This document shows positions 59,042 through 64,000 of a stretch of DNA of 64,000 bases, piece by piece. The stretch is from a virus (Duplodnaviria; Heunggongvirae; Uroviricota; Caudoviricetes). The notes under the pieces were generated by a model. It had not been told where the DNA came from. It ran no database searches and saw only the letters and a list, made by a program, of their open reading frames with translations. The stretch is taken from positions 32,001 to 96,000 of IMG/VR virus record IMGVR_UViG_2724679237_000005; one strand, given 5' to 3'. Numbering within the stretch: the stretch's first letter is position 1; each line of letters opens with the position of its first letter. A program made the position numbers and the translations under genes.

Positions 59042-59635
59042 TTACATTAGCTGGTCAATCGTGATTGAAGAACTCACAACCTGTGAGCCAACCAGAATTT
59101 CCTCGCCATAGATAAGTTGTACTGGGTTGCCCTGGTTTTCTGTATTTTGAGGGCCGTCGAAATAATAAGAGTTCGAGTTATCTGCCTGTCTCACACTTTC
59201 GTTAGTGGCTTGCGGCGATATGATTTGTGATATGCCGCCCATCATCAGTGACAAACCGAGAGGTGCTAAAGCAGGCATCACTACCGCCGATACAACCAAC
59301 AAAGCGGCCCCTACTACCGTCTGAAACCACCCAAAAGCAGATCCACCGCTTCCTCGCGGAACAGGTGTAATGCGGATTTTGGCAATGTTGTCAGACTGCC
59401 CCATCATCTGATATTCACTCTCGTCCACAGACCACTTGTGGCCCTGTTTATTGGTGATCTGGATGTGGTATCTGTCATAGGTTTTGATGTTGCGCTTCAT
59501 CCATGCTTTAAACCCTGGCTTGTTGGCCTCAATTAAATCCAGAGCCTGTTTTGTATTGCGCACCTTTAGATGCCAGTGGCGGCCAAAATGTTTGGCCATA
59601 GGGCCGCCAAGCTGCACATGAACTAACTCAGACAC
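59042..59635 (-). CDS. tail assembly protein I-like
   Basis: position between K-like and J-like genes; hydrophobic C-terminal half; GTG start. Confidence 0.55.
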   Translation of the reverse strand: MSELVHVQLGGPMAKHFGRHWHLKVRNTKQALDLIEANKPGFKAWMKRNIKTYDRYHIQITNKQGHKWSVDESEYQMMGQSDNIAKIRITPVPRGSGGSAFGWFQTVVGAALLVVSAVVMPALAPLGLSLMMGGISQIISPQATNESVRQADNSNSYYFDGPQNTENQGNPVQLIYGEEILVGSQVVSSSITIDQLM

Positions 59636-60420
59636 GTCTCATCTCCCTTGAGCAAGTCTCTGTGACGCAAGTGATGCGTCGTATGTTTCTGATACATCCC
59701 GCCGTAATAAGCACGACAACTAAGGCGGTCGATCTGGTGATGAAGAATCATTCCATCGCCGATATAAACCGCACAGTGGTCAGGCATTTTTCCGTATTGG
59801 ATAAAGAAGACGTCCCCACGTTGAGGTTCTGTTCCGGACGCAAGCCGTACCAATCCTTCGTTTCGGTAGTTCTGATCGAGAATGTCGTTATCGCCGGTGT
59901 ACCACGATGGAATATGCAGGTGTGCGTTCGGGTTTAGTTCGACGTTAAACTCACGCTTCAAATAGTCCCGACACAACATCCAGCAATCAAATACGCCAAA
60001 TACATACGGTCTGCCCAGGTATGGCATTTCGAAACCATCAGGTGTGATCACATTCATCTCGCTAAAATGGAAAGGGGCATCTCCCTCAACATTCTTGCGA
60101 ATAGCCAGAATCATCCACGGAACTTCCGTCGCTTCGCAGCCTGCACGATCGGCATAAGATGCTTCTGCTGATTCATCAGTATGTGAATGCCAGATTGCGA
60201 TAACATCACCCGCATCCTCTGCCGCCATAATGTCGTCAACGTGCATTACAAAAGTGTTCTGCGGGTTCTCCGAAACATTCCGCGCTTCCATAAAGCGATA
60301 TTTGTCGCCATTAGTTCTAACCAGAAAGCCACACGCTTCATTAGGGTAGCGATTTATGGCGCAGAGATAGATTTGCTGCATAACGTCAGAGCCAAGCTCA
60401 GGGATTGCTTTATTACCCAT
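59623..60420 (-). CDS. tail assembly protein K-like (MPN/JAB + NlpC/P60 domains)
   Basis: HSHTDESAEAS (JAMM-like) and Cys/His NlpC-like motifs; start overlaps L stop. Confidence 0.75.
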   Translation of the reverse strand: MGNKAIPELGSDVMQQIYLCAINRYPNEACGFLVRTNGDKYRFMEARNVSENPQNTFVMHVDDIMAAEDAGDVIAIWHSHTDESAEASYADRAGCEATEVPWMILAIRKNVEGDAPFHFSEMNVITPDGFEMPYLGRPYVFGVFDCWMLCRDYLKREFNVELNPNAHLHIPSWYTGDNDILDQNYRNEGLVRLASGTEPQRGDVFFIQYGKMPDHCAVYIGDGMILHHQIDRLSCRAYYGGMYQKHTTHHLRHRDLLKGDETCLS

Positions 60421-61111
60421 ACCGCGTAGCTCCAATAAATCCGCCAAAATGGATCACACCGTCGGCAAAATAATTCCGACGCGCATTACAGGCGTCATAA
60501 CGTTTTGTGCAGTAATCCGCACCAGACATAGACGTCTGCTGGTTATTTTTGTCGAAATATGGACCGGTATAGCCGCATTCTGGCCCTCGGTATTTCCACG
60601 GGCAGGTGTTTTTAATGATCTGACGATACGGCAGTTGCACCCCCATCAAATCGAACACACTGGACAATTCAAACTCGACAACCTGATGAGTTTCGAGAGT
60701 TTTCTGTTCGATAAACCACATTTCATCCGGAAAATGTTGGTTTGGATCTGCTGTTGGGTTGCCGTCTTTAAAATTAACGGCATCGAGGAAGCGAGCCAGC
60801 GTCATCTTGCGAATAATGCGGCAGCCAACAAGATCGTCGTTCGCCTGAACTTCCGCAGAGACGGTTCCGGCAAAGTTCGATACCTGAATTTTTGGACGTG
60901 GCAACGTTCCCTGGCCAGTTTTGTCAAAGCCTGATGCTTTGATTGGCCACGGCTCGTATGTCACTCCTTGCCAGACGACCGGTTGCATCAGTTCGTTTGT
61001 TCCGGCGTGGAAGAATAGCTTTCCCCCTGAAGTTGTGTTCGACATATCCAATACGAACAACTCAATGAGTGCAGAGGGAGATAAGCTCTGAATATCAGCT
61101 TTAATTCCCAT
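60413..61111 (-). CDS. minor tail protein L-like
   Basis: VVWQGVTYEPWPIKASGF, RFLDAVNF, NTCPWKYRGPECGYTGP match lambda L; AAGGA RBS. Confidence 0.85.
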   Translation of the reverse strand: MGIKADIQSLSPSALIELFVLDMSNTTSGGKLFFHAGTNELMQPVVWQGVTYEPWPIKASGFDKTGQGTLPRPKIQVSNFAGTVSAEVQANDDLVGCRIIRKMTLARFLDAVNFKDGNPTADPNQHFPDEMWFIEQKTLETHQVVEFELSSVFDLMGVQLPYRQIIKNTCPWKYRGPECGYTGPYFDKNNQQTSMSGADYCTKRYDACNARRNYFADGVIHFGGFIGATRYG

Positions 61112-61193
61112 TGTTTCATCCTTGAAATAAGTAGGCGCTAACATCCTGTCAGCGCCACAATGATAGTAAATTAGTACTTACTTATCCAGATGC

Positions 61194-61529
61194 TTAAGCC
61201 TCAAATACTTGTCTGAATGTGGCAGTTAAGACACAGTACCCCTGATATCGCTTGACCGTATGACTGTCACATACAACTACAATCTGCTTGCCTCTTGGAT
61301 TAACCCAATAGAACGATTCAACACCTGATCGCTCAGTCAGGAAGTCATCGATTGCATTAATTTCGTTGTATGATCTGGTAAAGGTTAACGACCATTCTTC
61401 TTTAATACGATTAAGACCTTGAGCCTGTCGCTGCTCGTAGTCATCACCAAAATTAAGTACCGTTACATTCGGTTTTACGCTCTTTTCAGATTCGTAATCT
61501 GGATACCAATTAAACGTTTGTCTTTCCAT
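61194..61529 (-). CDS. minor tail protein M-like
   Basis: about 110-aa protein immediately upstream of L-like gene, downstream of tape measure. Confidence 0.65.
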   Translation of the reverse strand: MERQTFNWYPDYESEKSVKPNVTVLNFGDDYEQRQAQGLNRIKEEWSLTFTRSYNEINAIDDFLTERSGVESFYWVNPRGKQIVVVCDSHTVKRYQGYCVLTATFRQVFEA

Positions 61530-61571
61530 CTCACATCCTTGTGAGACTGCCCCGGTCGGGGCAGTCGATAG

Positions 61572-64000
61572 TTAGTTACGTTGAGTGTTTGGGTTGAGTG
61601 ATCCGCCAGGGCGTTTCTCTTGAGCGATAGTCTCAAGCGCGATTGCTTTCATCCGTTGAGCGGCATTGTTCCATATGCTTTCTGTATCGCCGGATTCTGT
61701 CGTGCTACCGTCACTATGGACGTTGATCTCAATTGATACAGGAGAAAGAACATTTCCGCCTCCACTCATACCATCGGTACTGAGCGTTACAGGGATTGTT
61801 CGGCCATCAGGCAATGGAACATACGCCTCATTCATAGAACCTTCCCCAAACAACGCTAATTGAGGCGAGTTAGCAATACCGCCTTTCTGGTATGCCCGGA
61901 GCGGGATCACGCCGTCTTTTCCGAATATTCCTCCATTTGCAAACTTCGGGATTGCAGGAATGCCTTTAGTTCCGTCAGCCACACTGCTGGTTGCGGTTTT
62001 AGCAGAGCTTGATGTCACGCTGTCGAAACCACCGCCAGTCCAAGCTGAAACAAGACCAGATGCAACCGTTGCTCCAAAACTCAACCACTTATTACCAGAG
62101 CCGGAAGCATTAGCTCCAAGCATTGCAAACGCGGCAGACAGAGCGCCGGTAACAGAGCTGAGGTTCTGCATCGAGAAGATGGAGTCCTTCACTGCTTTTG
62201 TCTCAGCATCTTTGGCTTCGGTGCTATCAAATAGCCCCGATACCCAGCTACCAATCGCATTTGTTGCAGTGCCAATTGCGCTGGTGGTCTGCTGTGTTGT
62301 TTGCCCCAATCCAGTTACCGAACTGGACGTCTCCTTCGTGGCTTCTCCTACTGACTTGTCGCCGTTAACAGTGTTGCCCATTCGTACCCCTTGATTGGCA
62401 ACGGCGGAAGCAACCCCGGCCAGCAAATTACCACTCTGTGAACTACCAGCTGCGGTGGTTCCCATCCCCAACATGTTCATTAGAGGCAGCGTGATCTGCG
62501 ACTTCACGACCATATTGGTGATATCTTTCAAAATGGACTGAGACAGGCTGGAGAAGCTCATCTTCCCGTTAATAACGAAATCAGTCAGGACATCAGTTAA
62601 GCCACTAAACAAATCAGTCCAGGTGCTTTCGATCTGCTCTGCCAAGTTTTCGTATTCCAGTGCCAACTTCTGCGTCGCAATCCCCGTCTCTTTAATAAGC
62701 GCGGTATTGCCAGCAGCAATAAGTTGATTGATTTTCTTTGTATAAAGCGCCACGACTTTAGGATCAGACGCCTTATCACGAAGTTCTATCAACGCTTTGA
62801 GATTGCGGTTGTAAGTGTCTTCGAAATCAGCAACTTTCTCTTCACGAGACGGCGTATAGCCAGCACTAATAATGGAATCCGCCTCCGGTGCCCAAGTGGA
62901 GATCATCTGCTCAACATTGCGGCGATTAAACATCTCGCGATATTCAGGTGTCGCATTTTTGAGGTCTTCAAGACGTTTTTTCGCCTTGTCGATCATCTCT
63001 TGAGTGATGAACTCGTTAGGAATCGCATTAGCCAAATCAGTTAGCGATTTTGTTGTATCGCGAAGAGACTGATCAAACGATACCGTAGCCTTAGAGCTTT
63101 CACCCATTTGCCCCATAAGCTGATCGGCTTTATCCAGAGCCTTCTGATATCCGGCCGCCAGTTTCTGTTGCGCTGCCTGTTCTTTCTTGGCCGCACGCTG
63201 CGAGGCATTAGCTGATCGTTGGGCTGCTTTCTCGGCGGCTGCGGCATCCTGTTCACGAGCTTTAGTAAGTGCGGCAATGGCTGCGGCACGCTCTTCATCG
63301 CTCATTTTCTCCAGAGAGCTGGCACTGGATGCTTTCTGCAAATTAAGCTGCGTCTTGAGTTGTTTAGGCCCAATAATCGGCTTACCTTCGAAGTCCATCA
63401 TCGGAGTGCCGTCAGGCAAAGTACGTTGATAAGTCGCAGAATCCATCTGGTTTCGCATATATTGCGCCAGCGCCTTCTGAGCAGCTTTATCAGTTGTACC
63501 TAACCCCAGAACAGTCCCCTGGTTTGACATTACGCCCTTACCAGTTTTGGCAGCGTTATCTCTCTCGAACTCTGCCTGAGTCAGTTCCTGAGCGACGACT
63601 TCCAAATTCTCCTGATAACCACGAATACTGCCTTGCAGTTTCTTGATCTGCTCGGTGTTTCCTTCCTTTTTCGCTTTTTCAAGCTGATCATTAAGAGTGG
63701 CTATTTGCCCCTCGACAGCATTCTTACGAGAAGAAAGTGAATCAACCAGTTTTTGCGCAGGCTCCAGATAGCTTTTGTTTACCGTTTCACGTAACGGTGC
63801 CAATAGCTTGTTCTTTTCGTCATCTGAAAGTGAACCGTCATCATTGATTTTCTGGATCTTATCCAGAGCCTCCTGCCGGGCTTTCACGAATGTTGCCGCA
63901 AAGTCTCTATTCTCTTCCCGTATTTTCTCTATCTGTGATTCTGCCGCATCTTTTGCAAGACGTTTGGCTACAGCAATGTCTCCGCGTTCAATTGCCCCAG
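61572..64000 (-). CDS. tail tape measure protein, C-terminal part (gene continues past window end)
   Basis: long helical Ala/Gln/Lys-rich protein upstream of M/L/K/I/J; frame stays open to position 64000. Confidence 0.7.
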   Translation of the reverse strand, partial: GAIERGDIAVAKRLAKDAAESQIEKIREENRDFAATFVKARQEALDKIQKINDDGSLSDDEKNKLLAPLRETVNKSYLEPAQKLVDSLSSRKNAVEGQIATLNDQLEKAKKEGNTEQIKKLQGSIRGYQENLEVVAQELTQAEFERDNAAKTGKGVMSNQGTVLGLGTTDKAAQKALAQYMRNQMDSATYQRTLPDGTPMMDFEGKPIIGPKQLKTQLNLQKASSASSLEKMSDEERAAAIAALTKAREQDAAAAEKAAQRSANASQRAAKKEQAAQQKLAAGYQKALDKADQLMGQMGESSKATVSFDQSLRDTTKSLTDLANAIPNEFITQEMIDKAKKRLEDLKNATPEYREMFNRRNVEQMISTWAPEADSIISAGYTPSREEKVADFEDTYNRNLKALIELRDKASDPKVVALYTKKINQLIAAGNTALIKETGIATQKLALEYENLAEQIESTWTDLFSGLTDVLTDFVINGKMSFSSLSQSILKDITNMVVKSQITLPLMNMLGMGTTAAGSSQSGNLLAGVASAVANQGVRMGNTVNGDKSVGEATKETSSSVTGLGQTTQQTTSAIGTATNAIGSWVSGLFDSTEAKDAETKAVKDSIFSMQNLSSVTGALSAAFAMLGANASGSGNKWLSFGATVASGLVSAWTGGGFDSVTSSSAKTATSSVADGTKGIPAIPKFANGGIFGKDGVIPLRAYQKGGIANSPQLALFGEGSMNEAYVPLPDGRTIPVTLSTDGMSGGGNVLSPVSIEINVHSDGSTTESGDTESIWNNAAQRMKAIALETIAQEKRPGGSLNPNTQRN

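Overview
This window reads as a large segment of a temperate siphovirus-type phage-plasmid. It combines a P1-style plasmid maintenance core (iteron-flanked repA, parA/parG-like partition pair, tyrosine recombinase with a lox-like site), a lambda-like tail module (tape measure, M, L, K, I, J-like, side tail fiber), a lysis cassette with embedded Rz1, and a large replication and nucleotide-metabolism block (class Ia RNR nrdAB, thyA, DHFR, split DnaE, DnaB-like helicase, DnaG-like primase, ATP-dependent ligase, RecA/UvsX-like recombinase, gp32-like SSB, FEN, SbcCD, RuvC-like, CobS/CobT-like pair). The gene set resembles the SSU5/pHCM2 phage-plasmid group, but that is from memory of gene content, not a search. 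Nearly all genes are on the minus strand. The few plus-strand genes are repA and apparent accessory cargo: an HTH regulator, an AT-rich 2-TM membrane protein, a secreted Sel1-repeat protein and a GIY-YIG nuclease. Four tRNA genes (Ser, Thr, Tyr, Asn) sit beside the AT-rich island. I could not identify any one region as a known novel system; the best candidates are the integrase-to-tRNA island (lox-like site plus AT-rich membrane protein), the fractured dnaE with an HNH endonuclease, and several recurring intergenic DNA motifs. All calls come from reading the six-frame translations and the DNA by eye; no searches were run.
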